64,000 nucleotides of DNA from Octopus vulgaris (taxonomy: Eukaryota): contig OX597815.1 in assembly GCA_951406725.2 (NCBI GenBank), positions 48,050,001-48,114,000 on the forward strand. Direction: 5' to 3'. Positions 36,489-49,422 of the stretch are shown piece by piece. The notes beneath the pieces are model-generated. The model searched no databases. It worked only from the letters and a program-made list of their open reading frames with translations, and was not told where the DNA came from. Both the position numbers and the translations under genes were made by a program. Position 1 is the stretch's first letter. Every line of letters starts with the position of its first letter.

Positions 36489-36733
36489 CATCATCATCAT
36501 CATCATCATCGTTTAACGTCCGTTTTCCGCGCTAGCACGGGTTGGACGGTTTCGACCGGGGTCTGGGGAGCTCGGGACTGCCCCAGGCTCCAGTCTAGTC
36601 TGGCAGTGTTTCTACAGCTGGATGCCCTTCCTAACGCCAACCACTCCGCGAGTGTAGTGGGTGTTTTTACGTGCCACCTGCACAGGTGCCAGAGGGTCTG
36701 GCATCGGCCACGTTCGGATGGTGCTTTTTATGT
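36489..36733 (-). mobile_element. Young SINE family C subfamily copy
   Basis: (CAT)n-cgtttaacgtccgttttcc...ggatgcccttcctaacgcc; CpGs intact. Confidence 0.9.
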
Positions 36734-37864
36734 GGGGGAGGGATGCAGAAATATATAGGGGAGCACCAGTGGGGAGGGGTGGTTCAGAGAAATGATGACA
36801 GGTTCTAGGCAAGTAGAACGTAGGATATCAAGAGAGGGTAATGCATGGTGAAATAGCGTGTTGAAGAGGGGGGTTCGAAGAGTAGACACCTATAATGGTG
36901 GTGGGAGAAGCGACATCCGGTATAGATGGAACAAATATATTTTATGATTTATGAGTTACAGGGGCCAATGGAGTGCAGTTTCAAATGCATTACTAAAGAA
37001 TCTGCATACAATAAATCCACCAAAAATTAAAACTAAAGCATCTCTTAATACAGTAAGAGATGCCAACCATTTATGTTACATTTCTACATTTATAGTTGAT
37101 AAACTAATGATTTCATGAAAGTTTCTGAATAAACAAAAGGAAGTTGGTTGGACATATATAAAATATTAGCCTCGCCAGTAAAATATTCAAGAATATTAAA
37201 AGATCATCAATAATTCTATTCTCACTGAACAGGACAAAATTGGCAGCAGCAGAAAATGACTTCATATATTTGTCTTATAATGTCTGGAAACTTGTAACTT
37301 TTCCTATCATCTTTAACCATTATTTTATTATTTCGGAATTCTTACCAAATATATAACAAAGAGAATTTGTAACCCACACTTGACCTACAGTTTCTGAAAT
37401 ATTTCAAAAGAAGAATGCTTTCAATCAGAGAATATGAGAATTTTGAGATACAAATTCTAATGCTTAAACTATATTTTCTGGATGTGAAGGAGTAAAGAGT
37501 TATTTGTGTGTTTTCATTTCTTATGATTACTTGCTGTCTTATTTGATCAGGGATCAAACTCGTTTTATCAAACATAACAGGTCAAACATCCTGCAGAAAG
37601 AGCTAATAACTTCCTTTATATAATAAGGTCTATGGTAAAAACCTGATAGTTGGAAGAATAACTGATGTCAGTGCTGTAGCTACTGCATGTGTCACCCACC
37701 CCACAATCTGTGCCTCCTATATAAGCTTATACAGCAGACCCGAAAGTGCCATCCCCATTAAAAGTATCATCCAAAGCAGAAATCCCTTTGTCTCACCTCT
37801 CCTAGCTAAGCTATTGACTGTTATAACCTGAGATATGAAGGAATTTGAAGCACTGTTAAAATAA

Positions 37865-38003
37865 GGTCATTCTTGTAGTTAGGGAGAAAAATGAATAAAT
37901 AATGACAGTAGCTTTAGGTAAACAGAATTATATTTCCTCTCTATTTGCAGTTGCGGAACAGCCCAGGATAGGAATCAATGGATGAGAGCAACCCATGACT
38001 AAT
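37865..38003 (-). repeat. Right arm of the 139-bp long-range inverted repeat
   Basis: Reverse complement of 30386-30524 with a handful of mismatches. Confidence 0.9.
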
Positions 38004-38084
38004 ATTATATATGGAGACTAAGCATATGGACAGGCATTATTGATACGGAGAAGGAGCCTAAGATGATGAGCTACAGCTGTATCT

Positions 38085-38495
38085 TTTATATTTTAGACTG
38101 CGGCCATGCTGGGGCACTGCCTTGAAGAATTTTTAGTTGAATGCTTTGACCTCAGTATTTATCTTTTTAAAGCCTGGTATTAATTCTATCGATTTCTTCT
38201 GTTGAATTGCTAAGTTACAGGGATGTCAAGCAGTGGGAGTGGTGGGAAGGGACAAACACAGACACAAAGGCACACACACATATATACATATACATATGTA
38301 TATATATGTCTATACATATATATATATATGCATGTGTGTATAGGCTTCTTTCAATTTCTGTCTACTAAATCCACTCACAAGGCTTTGGTTGGCCAAAAAC
38401 TATAGGAGAAGACATTTGCCCAAGGTACCACACAGTGAGTCTGAACCTGAAACCATGTGGTTGGGAAGCAAGTTTTGTACCATACGGCCATGCCT
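38085..38495 (-). mobile_element. SINE family A, full length
   Basis: Reverse complement of head and tail. Confidence 0.8.
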
Positions 38496-38700
38496 GTATA
38501 TAAACTTTCATTTAATAAACCAGGAGTTTGGAGTATTGAGCTACTGGAAATATGTATTTCCTCTAAAGCAAAGCAAATAATAACGATATAACAATATTAA
38601 CAAAAATTTGATTATCTGTATTTTGATACTGTACTTGCATTTTCAGTCACATAGAATTATGTGTATATAAATATACACAAATATAAATGTACATATCACA

Positions 38701-39232
38701 ATGTGTATATAAATATAAAGAAACTAGCATTTGTTTTTTATGAGCATCAAAATGTGTATTGTATGATAGAGATAAGACAATATTTTCTTCTTTTTTTTTG
38801 AATGCAGAGTGTCGTTAGAATGGCAGAAATACTGATCAAATCACCCTTACAAAGCAGAAAAATTTGTCAACAAACAGCCATAGGACTCAGACCCACATCC
38901 CTCAAGACCCCAGCAGAGTGCTATACCATTAAGCTAAACTGCCTGCTGGCAAATTCATCCCCAATTTTAGATGCTAAGTAGCTAATGAACAACTATGTGT
39001 ATATAAATATTAACAAAGTAACATTTCTTTTTTATAAACATTGAAATTTGTATTGTACGATACAAATAATATGATGTCTTTTCTTTTTTTTTTAATGCAG
39101 AATTGCTGTTAGAACAGTAGACATACTGGGTAAATTACCCTTACAAAGAAGAAAAAAAAATTTCTGCTGTTCTAATGGAAATTCAGCGTTTGGAAAAAAA
39201 AAATCATCTTATTTGTATCCCACAGTACATAG
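38701..39232 (-). mobile_element. Unclassified element: two ~165-bp direct repeats around a tRNA-like core plus an inverted partial copy
   Basis: Direct repeats at 38701-38865 and 38995-39163; minus-strand TAGCTTAATGG...GGTCTGAGTCC at ~38877-38945; 39160-39230 is an inverted copy of ~39049-39124. Confidence 0.65.
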
Positions 39233-39543
39233 AACATATTTACACTAAGTGGATTGTCCTTTAGTGGTTAAGTACCTTTGCCAAAAATAGTGTAGAATTC
39301 ACGCTGCAATACAGATCTTTGACTGTTGTTAAGTCTTAGGTCAAACATGACTGAAATGATTTATTATTAAAGAGGTGCAGGTGTGGGTGTGTGGTAAGAA
39401 GCTTGCTTCCCAACCACATGGTTCTGGGTTCAGTCCCGCTGTATGACACCTTGGGCAAGTGTCTTCTACTATAGCCTCGGGCCAACTAAACCTTGCGAGT
39501 GGATTTGGTGGATAGAAACTGAAAGAAGCCTGTCGTGTATATA

Positions 39544-40023
39544 CAGGGTTGGTCAAAGGTCACCTGACAAAGGCAGCGAGATGGCAGAAACATTAGCACT
39601 CTGGGTGAAATGCTTAGGAGTATTTCGTCAGCCGCTACATTCTGAGTTCAAATTCTGCCGAGGTCGACTTTCCCCTCATCCTTTCAGGGTCGATTAAATA
39701 AGTACTAGTTATGCACTGGGATTATTATACTTGACTTAATCCATTTATCTGTCTTTGTTTGTCCCTTCTGTGTGTGGCCCCTTGAGGGCAGTAAAGAAAC
39801 AAAAGGTCACCTGACAGTAAATCAAAATTCCATAAATACTATCTGTAACTCTGTATCGAATTGAATGGAAAAATGTGTTGCTCAAGAAGGACTTCAGTTT
39901 GAACAATTTTCATGATGTTTCATATATAGATGCTTTTAATAAATTCATTCAGTTGTTAAACATAAATAAATCTTGGAATTAAATGGTTTTGATTTACTGT
40001 CAGGTGACTTTTGGCCAAACCTG
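39544..40023 (+). mobile_element. Tc1/mariner-derived MITE (~233 bp without the nested SINE)
   Basis: 37-bp TIRs cagg(g/t)ttgg(t/c)caaa(g/a)gtcacctgacagtaaatcaaaa with TA flanks; internal NTICNSVSN*MEKCVAQEGLQFEQF resembles a Tc1/mariner transposase C-terminus. Confidence 0.85.
39570..39801 (+). mobile_element. SINE family B inserted in the MITE left TIR
   Basis: Perfect 15-bp TSD aaaggtcacctgaca at 39555-39569 and 39802-39816. Confidence 0.92.
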
Positions 40024-40028
40024 TATGT

Positions 40029-40062
<34 letters not shown>

Positions 40063-40619
40063 ATGTATACATCAATGTGTGTGTATCTGTGTGTCTATGT
40101 TTATACCCCCATCACAGCTTGTCAGCTGGTGTTGGTGTGCTTACATCTCTGTAACTTAGCAGTTTGGCAAGAGAGACTGATAGAATAAGTACTAGGCTTT
40201 AAAAAAGTAAGTCCTGGAGTTGATTTGTTTGACTAAAACCTTTCAAGGTGGTGCTCCCGCATGGCCATAGTCAAATGACTGAAATGAGTAAAAGAATAAA
40301 AGAATAGAGCTATCTTTGTTTTTTTCCATGTGTGATATGCCTAGGATGACATTATATAACATTATCCATTGTGTTCTCCCAGTTTTAAGATAGCAAGGTG
40401 TGATTTAAAGGAAATTTGGCAGCTATTTCTAGCAGGACAGGTAACAATAACAGGTTCCTTAACTGTATTGTGTGGAGGCTACCTTGTAATTTCTTTATTT
40501 GTGGAGGCTCCCTTGTTGGTTCACCCTATCACTGGTAGTGAAACTAAAACTCTGATTTTACTAGCTAATGATACATCACCTGAAGAAAAACTAAAATGAA
40601 TTTAAATATTTTACTCCTG

Positions 40620-41100
40620 TTTCTGTCCTCATTCTTGATCCCTCTCCCCTCTCTCTCAATCTCTCCCTCTGACTGAGTAACCGTGCATCTTCTCTACAGC
40701 AAGACACCTGTTTCTATCCCTCTGGCACACTAACTTCTTATCACCTGGAACAAGGCCACCTCCTCCAATGCCCCTTCCCTCAAAAGATCTTTGTCTTGCA
40801 AGTTACCTGGAGACCCTGCCAGTGCTGTTGCATCCAGTCCACACTGTAAGGTGGTTGGTGTTTGGAAGGACATCCAACTACAAAACCCATGCCAAAACAG
40901 GCCTTGCTGGTGCTGGTGCCATGTCAAAGAAAAGTGAGTCCACTCTATAAGGTGATTGGTATTATGAAGGGCATCCCAGCCGTAAAAACCCTGCCAAAAC
41001 AACAGTGATGCCTGGTGCAGTCTTCTGCCTAGCCAGCTCCTGTTAAACTGTCCCACCCATACCAGCATGGAAAACAGGCATTAAATGATGATGATGATGA
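40620..41100 (+). mobile_element. SINE family C with a long 5' extension
   Basis: gcaagacacctgtttc...gtcttgcaagttacc...gaagggcatcccagcc...(GAT)n; extension mirrored at 60045-60390(-). Confidence 0.7.
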
Positions 41101-41328
41101 CAATGAGGATGATGATGACGATGATGATCATGACAGTTCAAAGTTATGATATGATTTCTCTTAAGTGAATAACTAAAAAAAAAATATTAATTTAATTAGA
41201 CTGGAATAGAGAATTTTAATTTTTCCACTATGTCAGAAAATTTTACGTAAAGAGATGGAGATATAAAAATACATGACAAAAATAACATAATTGCTCTTGA
41301 AGAAAACACTGTAAAAGACACGACATAC

Positions 41329-41421
41329 ATATTAGCAATAAACTCTTGGCAACTAAACAATGCGTTAATGCCGTCATTATGAAGAGGCTTATGGAACAAG
41401 GCACGCACACCGGATCAAATC
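41329..41421 (-). other. Candidate 93-nt phase 1-1 exon (FDPVCVPCSISLFIMTALTHCLVAKSLLLI)
   Basis: Minus ttgacctttctttcgacag|...|gtatgt; open and frame-preserving; CpG-retaining unique sequence. Confidence 0.3.
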
Positions 41422-42723
41422 CTGTCGAAAGAAAGGTCAACATTGTGAAAAGCTGTATAGAATTATGAGATTCCTTCATAGCTATGGAAAATTTGATTAT
41501 GTGCTGAACTGCTAGTGTGACCAATATGTTGGAAGGCCAGTGACATTTGACAAATGTAATGACATTTCAGTATAATAACTAAGCAGCAGAAATCTCATCA
41601 AAGACAGATTAATAAGCAGAGTGATTTGCCAAATTGTATTAAGAATAGTCATGTATATTAAACATTTTTTTGTCAGCTTATTATTCTTTTGTTTCATTTA
41701 CAAAAAAGGAGGAAAAAAATTGAGAAAGGTCAGAGATAGAACATTTTTTTAAAAGTATTTTATCTTGAAGATATTTTATACTTTTTGTAGCTTTCTTTTT
41801 TATATTTTGGAAATATATTTTTTTCTTGCTTTATTGTATATTCTATTTCAGCTGATTTAAAAGACAAAAAAAAAAAAAAAAAAAAAAAAAATTTTTTTTT
41901 TAATGTCTTTTAGCTGTTCATTTAACCTTTTCTGACACTTGTCTTCATTTCTAAAATGACTATTTAAGAAAATACCATTTAAATTTTAACTTTTAAGCCT
42001 GATGGATTAGTTAGATTTAATCTGAATATTTCTGTTTCTCCTCAAGTTTAAAGGTGGCCCCACAGAATGTCACTACCTCTAAACCGAAGAAGAAATGTTC
42101 AGTTTAACTCTTAACTGCAGGTATGTTGAGTCTGTGTTAAGTGGCATATTTAGTTGTAGTCTTTTTACTCCTGAAAATGGGCAGTTGTGAGTTGTATATC
42201 AACTTATATTTATTTCTGAAGCAATGCACCAATTCATCTCACACACACATTTACACAACTTTCCTTTAAATTTATAGTTATCAATTTCAATCTCATCAGC
42301 ATCAGCTTCAAATTCATCATAATCAGCCTCAATTTTGCTAAATTCAATTTTGATAACGTTGTTGTCTTTCTTGACTTCATTAGAGTGAGTTTTAATTGTG
42401 TCACTGGCAAAAATAAATAACAGCAGTTTAAACCTTTTACTATTATTCTCATTTCTTACCTCTTTTAATATGTTCCTCAAAAAAATTCAACAAACATTTT
42501 TGGTAACCAAAATTAGGAATAGTAAATATATATTCCATTTTAGAATGAACAGGAGAAGAGAAGACATGTGAGATGGAGAGTTGCTGAAGAGGTCACAGAA
42601 TGTGTGATGAAAGAACATTGACAAAGAAACAAAAATAATGGTAATAGCACTGAAGTGAAGACCAAATATATAGTGCATGTATTTAATTGGCAAAATATGA
42701 CCATCACTGAGTATAACAATATA

Positions 42724-42972
42724 CCTGTGTCGGTGGCACATAAAAAACACCATCCGAGTGTGGCCGTTCGCCAGCCTCGTCTGGCACCTGTGTCGGTGGC
42801 ACATAAAATCACCCACTACACTCTCGGAGTGGTTGGCGTTAGGAAGGGCATCCAGCTGTAGAAACACTGCCAGATCTGACTGGCCTGGTGCAGCCTTCGG
42901 GCTCCCCAGACCCCAGTTGAACCGTCCAACCCATGCTAACATGGAAAGCGGACGTTAAATGATGATGATGAT
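42724..42972 (+). mobile_element. Young SINE family C subfamily copy
   Basis: Near-identical to 22520-22797. Confidence 0.9.
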
Positions 42973-43874
42973 ATGTTTGTGTGCATATACAAACATGGAT
43001 AAATTTCAGGTCTTGTGTTTACACAAGTAATGCTAATCAATATCATATTAACAGACTGATAGATAGATAGATTGAGAGACTAAGAGAAAGAGAGAGTAAA
43101 ACAGAAGACACTTAACTTTATTTCTCATTTTTTTTTTGTATATTGGATGGAATGGTGAAAACAGTGATTGCATTCCAATAAAAATTGCTGTGGGGCTAAC
43201 AACATCCTTAGATGGGGTGCGAGCAGTGACAAGAGACACTATTTATGCAACTGAGTTCATAAGGGGACTTGCCAGAAAATAAATCATCATAAGCAATACT
43301 AAAAACACAAATATGTACTATATATAACTATATACATACATATATATCTATATACATATATATACATATATGCACATACATACACACACATACTTATCCA
43401 CATTCACACAAACACAAAGACTGGATTTTACTATCCCTCTTCCTTTGTGTTATACATATATCCCACACACACACACATATATATATATGTATGTATATAT
43501 ATATATATATATATGCATACACACATATGAAGACATGTATAATAAACAAACAGAAAAAGCACTAAGATTTTCATAAATAACTTTAAAAAAGAGAACCTAA
43601 GATTGAAGTTTTGGGGTCAATCTTTCCAACCATTGTGAAAACTTCGAATAATTCAGAGAATTTAAGTAGAATATTATATATTACAAGCTAAGATATGATA
43701 TCATAAAGATTCGTGTTTCTGAGAAAGTTTATGGGAACTCAGTGCCTTAAATGGTACAGGTTTACATTTCTTTCTGTCTGTCTGTCACTATATGAGTGTT
43801 TCAATATATGTACAGATATATTTATATATGCGTGTTGTGTGTTTATAGGTGCATGTATGTGTGTGTACATAAAC

Positions 43875-43912
<38 letters not shown>

Positions 43913-43919
43913 GATAGAT

Positions 43920-44078
43920 GCAGGTGTGGCTGTGTGCTAAGAAGCTTGTTTCCCAGCCACATTGTTCTTGGTTCAGTCCCACACCATGGCATCTTGGACA
44001 AGTGCTTTCTACTATAGCCTCAGGTAAACCAAAGCCTTGTGAGTGGATTTGGTAGACAGAAACTGAAGGAAGCCCATC

Positions 44079-44148
<70 letters not shown>

Positions 44149-44465
44149 TATCATATATCCCCATCATTGCTTAATGCCTGTCTTCCATGATGACATGGGT
44201 TGGATGGTTTGATAGGAGCTGGCAAGGTAGGAAGATTGCACCAGACTTCTGTGTCTTTTGGCATAGTTTTTATGGCTAGATGCCCTTCCTAACACCAACC
44301 AACACACAGAGTGTGTGTGTCTTTGTGTCTGTGTTTTTCCCTGCCACCAACACTTGACAACCAGTGTTGGTGTGTTTATGTCCCTGTAACTTAGCAGTAA
44401 GTACCAGGTTTAAATTCTTCAGTATGGCCACAGTTTAGTGACTGAAACAAGTGAAAGAATAAAGA
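43920..44465 (+). mobile_element. SINE family A interrupted by (TA)n and an inverted family C piece (44150-44315)
   Basis: Head at 43920-44080 and tail at 44315-44465. Confidence 0.75.
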
Positions 44466-44729
44466 ATATATATATACACACACATAAACATACCATAGTC
44501 ATCCTCATCAGTACTTTATATCCGCTTTCCCATGATTCTCACAAACTAAATTGGTTGCCTTTTGAATTATTGAAGTTACTATCTTCCAAAATTGATTAAA
44601 GACCATATCTCACTCATATGCTCCATTTTGTCATGGTTTCCTGGTTGGATGTCCTTATTACCAACCAATCTTCAAAAGTTTACACTTTACATAAAGGAGT
44701 TCCAACAAACAAGTAATTTTCAGTTCCTT

Positions 44730-46340
44730 TGTTATGTCTCAGAGGACTTTGAAAAATAAGAATGTGCTGAGAACTGAACTTTGATGGACACCAACTTGCA
44801 TGCTAAATTCATTGCTGACCTCATGGCTGACTCTCATCTAGTTGGCTGTGCTTCTGTACATGGTTTATATAATTTTTAAAAAACATTTGTTGATCTTAGC
44901 ATTTTTAGCAACAGTCAGATTGCAGAATGAAATCTTGCCAAAGTCCTTCACTATAGGGACTTACTTTTGGCTAAATACTTTTCTTGGAGGTGTCCCATTG
45001 GGAATATGGTGGCAGAAATATCTCTTCCTGGAACAGCTCCAAACTGTATCTCATGCAGACTAATCCGGTTCCTAATCATTTGTGCAGTTGCTCTTGCCAT
45101 AACTTTCATAACCTAGTCCAACAACTGAAGTCCTCTGAAGTTGCCTTTCTTCCTTTGCTCTTGTAACAATTGTCTATGATACTACTATACCAGTTATTGT
45201 GAATAGTATCTTTTATAATTATTAACTGATGTCAACAAGTGACTATTAAAGTACATACTTTACTTTGCTACATATTTTAAGCATCTCAGTGACTGTCTCT
45301 GATGGATCAACAGCATTCTCTGCCTACATAGCCTTAAATGCAGTTGCAGCCATACTGTAGTTGATTTTAAAGGCTGATCCATTTTTGGGGGCCTAATTAG
45401 GGAAAACTCTCTCTTTCCTACACATTTTTCACATCCAACAACTTCTTGATATAACACTTACATGCTCCTTTCTTTTCAGTGTCAATAGGAACAAGTGTAC
45501 CATTATAATGCTGTACCTACTTCTTCCCAACTATATTATAAAGCTAACTGCCTTGCATTGTGAAAGAAGTCATGCTTCTGATTGTCACTCTGATCTGCCT
45601 CTCTTCATAAGTATACATGACATCTAACTTCCCTTGTGGATGAATGATACTGTTCTATGCTTTTCCCTTTCTTCTAGTCTTTCCAAGTCTATGTCTTAGA
45701 ATTTATGGTCCATCTATTGTACCACATCATGTTCTATTACTATGTCACCCTTCGCCTAGCAGCAGTTATAGATCTGATCTATATCCCTCAGCAGATTGTC
45801 TCATAGAAACATCCAGGTGTCCTCTGTTTTATAAGTATCTATCTTTTCCTTGCTTCTGTCATATGCATCAACAAGAACTTCTGCAAAGCTACAACTGACT
45901 ATCTTGTGTCTCTAGATCTTTTTAGTTATCTACTCTGAAATCACTAATTAGTAGCCTCTATTGGGTGGTAATTTCTTGACTAGAAAAAGACTTATAACTC
46001 CCAACCATTTATTTATTCCAGTTTCTAGTGGGTATAAAGTCTATTTGGTTTGTGTATTCATCTGACTGGTAGATGAGCAAGTGGCTGGTGAGTTTTCTGC
46101 AGATAGAATTTCAAAGATTGGGTCATTTTACTCTCAGAGGTTTAGCAGCTCTGATCACTCTTATTCCTCATACCATAACAATTGCTAACAATTGCCTTCA
46201 CATATACCAGATGTTTTCCTGGTGTTGTCTCAAATAAATTGCCAGCCTTAATCATGAGGATAGGACACTGTCAGTTGTAATGGAGGTTGTTTACAAAAGC
46301 ATCTCATTAACAGTGATTCTTCTGTTCCTCAGCCACATTT
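44730..46340 (-). mobile_element. RTE-clade LINE relic (APE and RT)
   Basis: Minus strand HLLIYQSDEYTNQIDFI (APE); GNFRGLQLLD*VMKV...EIQFGAVPGR...LQEKYLAK and MQVGVHQSSVLSTFLF (RT); many disablements. Confidence 0.85.
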
Positions 46341-47109
46341 CCCAACTCTGGAAGTGATGATTATATAGAGGAAAATATCACAGTTGTGTTGTTCAGCATA
46401 CACATTCTGGTATCTCGGTCATCATATCTATTCATTTCTCTACTAACAGTATGTCCCCACCTAAAATGAGTGTGTATGAGTGTATGCATGTGTGCATATA
46501 GATATGTGTGTGTGTGTGTATGTATATCATTATATGTGTGTATAAACACATTTACAGATGTGTACATATGACATACATAAGCATACACACACTCATAAAA
46601 AAGTAATAAATTGTCATTTCCTGTCATTAATATTAATTAAGAAAGGTTTAATGACATTTAGATTCATATAGAAACTTAGTAATGTACTGTAATAAATCTT
46701 CAATACCTGCCATCTTAGCTTCTTCTGCTACTCCCTTTTTTCCAGTCTATTCAAATGTCTCTTACCAAGATATGCTTCATGATTTACACTAAATCAACAA
46801 TACTGTGTGTACTACAAAATGTATGCTTTTCTCTAATAGTCAAAATCTTCAGATATATCAAAGAGTAACACCATATGAAATAAGAGTTTGTTTCTTTGTT
46901 TTATGACATAGTTGCAGGAAGAAGAAAAGGTCCTTAATTTTTTTTAGCAGAAACTTTAGCATTGATCAGAAAAAGATAGGAAAATCCAGAAACCCAAATC
47001 AGAGAAAAGGTAACTGAGACTGAATGCTTGCAATAGAGTAGATTCAACTCAAGGCAACTGAGGACAGTTTCTGTCAAGCCAATTTCATTCACAAGACCTT
47101 GGGCTCTGC

Positions 47110-47458
47110 TTACTTTTACTTAAGCCCTTCACACCCTTTGGAGCAAAGGCCTTCAATGACCTTTCTCCACTGTTCTTGACCCAAGGCTGTCTTTTCTGTG
47201 TCCCAGAGGGAAGGCCTTCCTATCTCAAGTTTTGTTGGTTTTGAATTGCCATCAATGCTTCTCTAACTCTGCTTTTTTTCTAGACAGGGATGTTGGCCTT
47301 ATGTGCACCCATTTTACTTCTGGGAAGAGGCGGTCCATATTAGTCCGGCTTCTATCCTTTGTCCTGTCCAGCATGGGAGACCTTATAAGGAGCTTTCAAC
47401 TCTGCTGGCATAGCTCTTTGGGTCATTGAGGAACACAAACCACCATATTACAACAAGA
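47110..47458 (-). mobile_element. Short bipartite RTE derivative (5' UTR fused to 3' end)
   Basis: 5' cttgttgt...ctcaatgacccaaagagctatgccagc...ggtctcccatgctggacagg resembles RTE 5' ends; 3' part encodes EKTALGQEQWRKVIEGLCSKGCEGLK* then a taag-type tail. Confidence 0.7.
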
Positions 47459-48834
47459 ACTGAAACAATTGGTGGACCTAGGGCTAAGGTAGAATGTTAT
47501 CTAAATACCTTAAATTAAATGTCATATTATCTTCTGTAAGTAAAATAAGATGATCACTATTTTCAAAGACAAATGATCTCAGTTTAAAAGGTCCTACAAT
47601 AAAGTCAGTGTGGCAAAACAGTAAAAGCTGGTAATAAAAATGCTTGTAATGTTTTGTACAAACCATCAATGAAATGCTAAAAAATTTAATGGAATGAACC
47701 AACAGATCATACAGTCACATATTTATGCAAATCTGGTTTTACCAATTGCATTTTAACTCGTATGTAATATACATAATTCTACTTGCCCCAGTCAGCTTCA
47801 ATGGTAGCTCTACTCCCTTTTCAGGTTTGTATGATTGATGGAAGAAAGAGAATCTTGCTATGAAAATATTTGATTTCCTAATTAGAAAATGCTGAAATTT
47901 GTAATAAATAAACAATGAATACAAATAAAATTTTGTTGATGTTTTAATTTCATCATTTCAAAAACTCCCTATCTACTGTTTTGCATTTTGGCAAGGCATT
48001 GCATCATTCTGCTAAATATTCTTTTTTAAATTATCTGAAACACTTTTTTCTTTTATAGTTTTCCATAGTATTTTTTCTTTAAATAGTAAATTCTATAATT
48101 TAGGAAATAAACACATAAACTCTGAGAAATCCTCATGAAAATATTAAAAAATCCAGTTTCAAAATCTGATTGTAGATTTTTTACTTCACTTGAGTCATTA
48201 ATATTCTTGGGAAAGCAAGAATTTCATGACTGTCATTTTTCTCCCCCTAAAATCAATAGAGCCTAATTCTACACTGATGCAGAATACAACATGTAACAAG
48301 AAACAAGCCCTGCTCAATGGCTAGCTCTCTACAAAGCTAAAGTGGAAACAGCATTGGAGTATTGCTCTTACACCTAGGACAGAGCTACTGCTACTGCACA
48401 TACAAACATCCATGACAACATTTAAAAGAAGACCATTTGCTTAATTGGTAAAGACTCACTCACCAACACATTAAAGCCATTTGATCACAGGCACACTGTG
48501 TTGTAATAGTAACATTTCTGTTACTATTAGAACAGCCTCTGCTCTTCTGAAGTAACAGCCAGCATATCATCTTCATCCAAGCTTGCTTGGTCAACTCATC
48601 TTTTTATCCTATCATCCCTACCAAGTTTTACTTCCCAAATGGCATTAAGAATAAATAGCCTATTTCCTTGGCATCTACCCCAGACAAATGCTCCAGGAAC
48701 ACTGGACAATTTGTTCGGTTAAGAGGAAACACAACTATGGGGATGCAAATAAGTATTGATAAAGCTAATTACGGTTTTATTTTCATGTCTACACAATTAC
48801 AATACTTTTCGTAATTATTTGCAATTTTAGAGGC

Positions 48835-49040
48835 TTAAACAAGCAGAAGTGTTAGTGAATCAAACAAAATACTTTGCAGCATTTCTCCCATCTCTTCACA
48901 TTCTAAGTTTAAATGTCACTGAGGTCATTCTTTCAGTGTTGATTAGATAAATACCAGTTGAGCACTGGGCGGGGGGTGGTGGTGATGGAATCAGCCAACA
49001 CCTACCTCTGTAATTACTTATGCCAAAATTTGAAATCATA
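48835..49040 (+). mobile_element. SINE family B, degenerate
   Basis: cacattctaagtttaaat...ataaataccagttgagcactggg...gccaaaatttgaaa. Confidence 0.6.
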
Positions 49041-49422
49041 ATTATGATTATATACAAATATGAATCTTCTAATTGAATAAAACATAAAAATAAAACTAAT
49101 TAATTTTATTAGTACTTAACTGCACCTCCTTAGATGTGCATTAAAAAAAATTTTCTCTTAATTGTGGAAAGTATCCATGGCAAAATTAGTTAACCTACAA
49201 CTCCAACAAACAGCACAAAATACTTTCCTAATCATTCCTTTCGTGATTAAACTGCCTTGGAATTACCTCCTGGCCTATTATACAGGTATCAACCTACAGA
49301 AAGTTCACCTGTATCAATCTCAACAGTGTAGCATCTCAATAGATGATAAATAAAACTTATGAAAATGCTTTAATTGTGTCATATAAATGCAGTATTGATT
49401 ATTGATTGGGAATCACAACTAA

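Larger units (their letters stand above)
39374..40305 (+). mobile_element. SINE family A split by a MITE
   Basis: Head at 39374-39541; tail resumes at ~40075-40305. Confidence 0.85.

Noticed and set aside
30386-38003. A single intact 7.6-kb DNA transposon bounded by the 139-bp inverted repeats
   Set aside because: No transposase remnant recognised inside and no 8-9-bp TSD; kept only as an alternative explanation in the finding.
38877-38945. Functional tRNA gene (also the heads of SINE families A, D and E)
   Set aside because: Only A/B-box similarity; acceptor and anticodon stems do not form a proper cloverleaf.
42040-42125. Plus-strand exon ending KPKKKCSV* as a prenylation signal
   Set aside because: Cys is third from the end, so not CaaX; the acceptor choice is ambiguous and unsupported.
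44500-44700. Shared 3' tail between the RTE LINE relic and SINE family C (LINE-SINE partner evidence)
   Set aside because: The segment also carries the SINE-internal ttgg...aaggacatcc motif, so it is more likely a separate degenerate SINE than the LINE's own tail.
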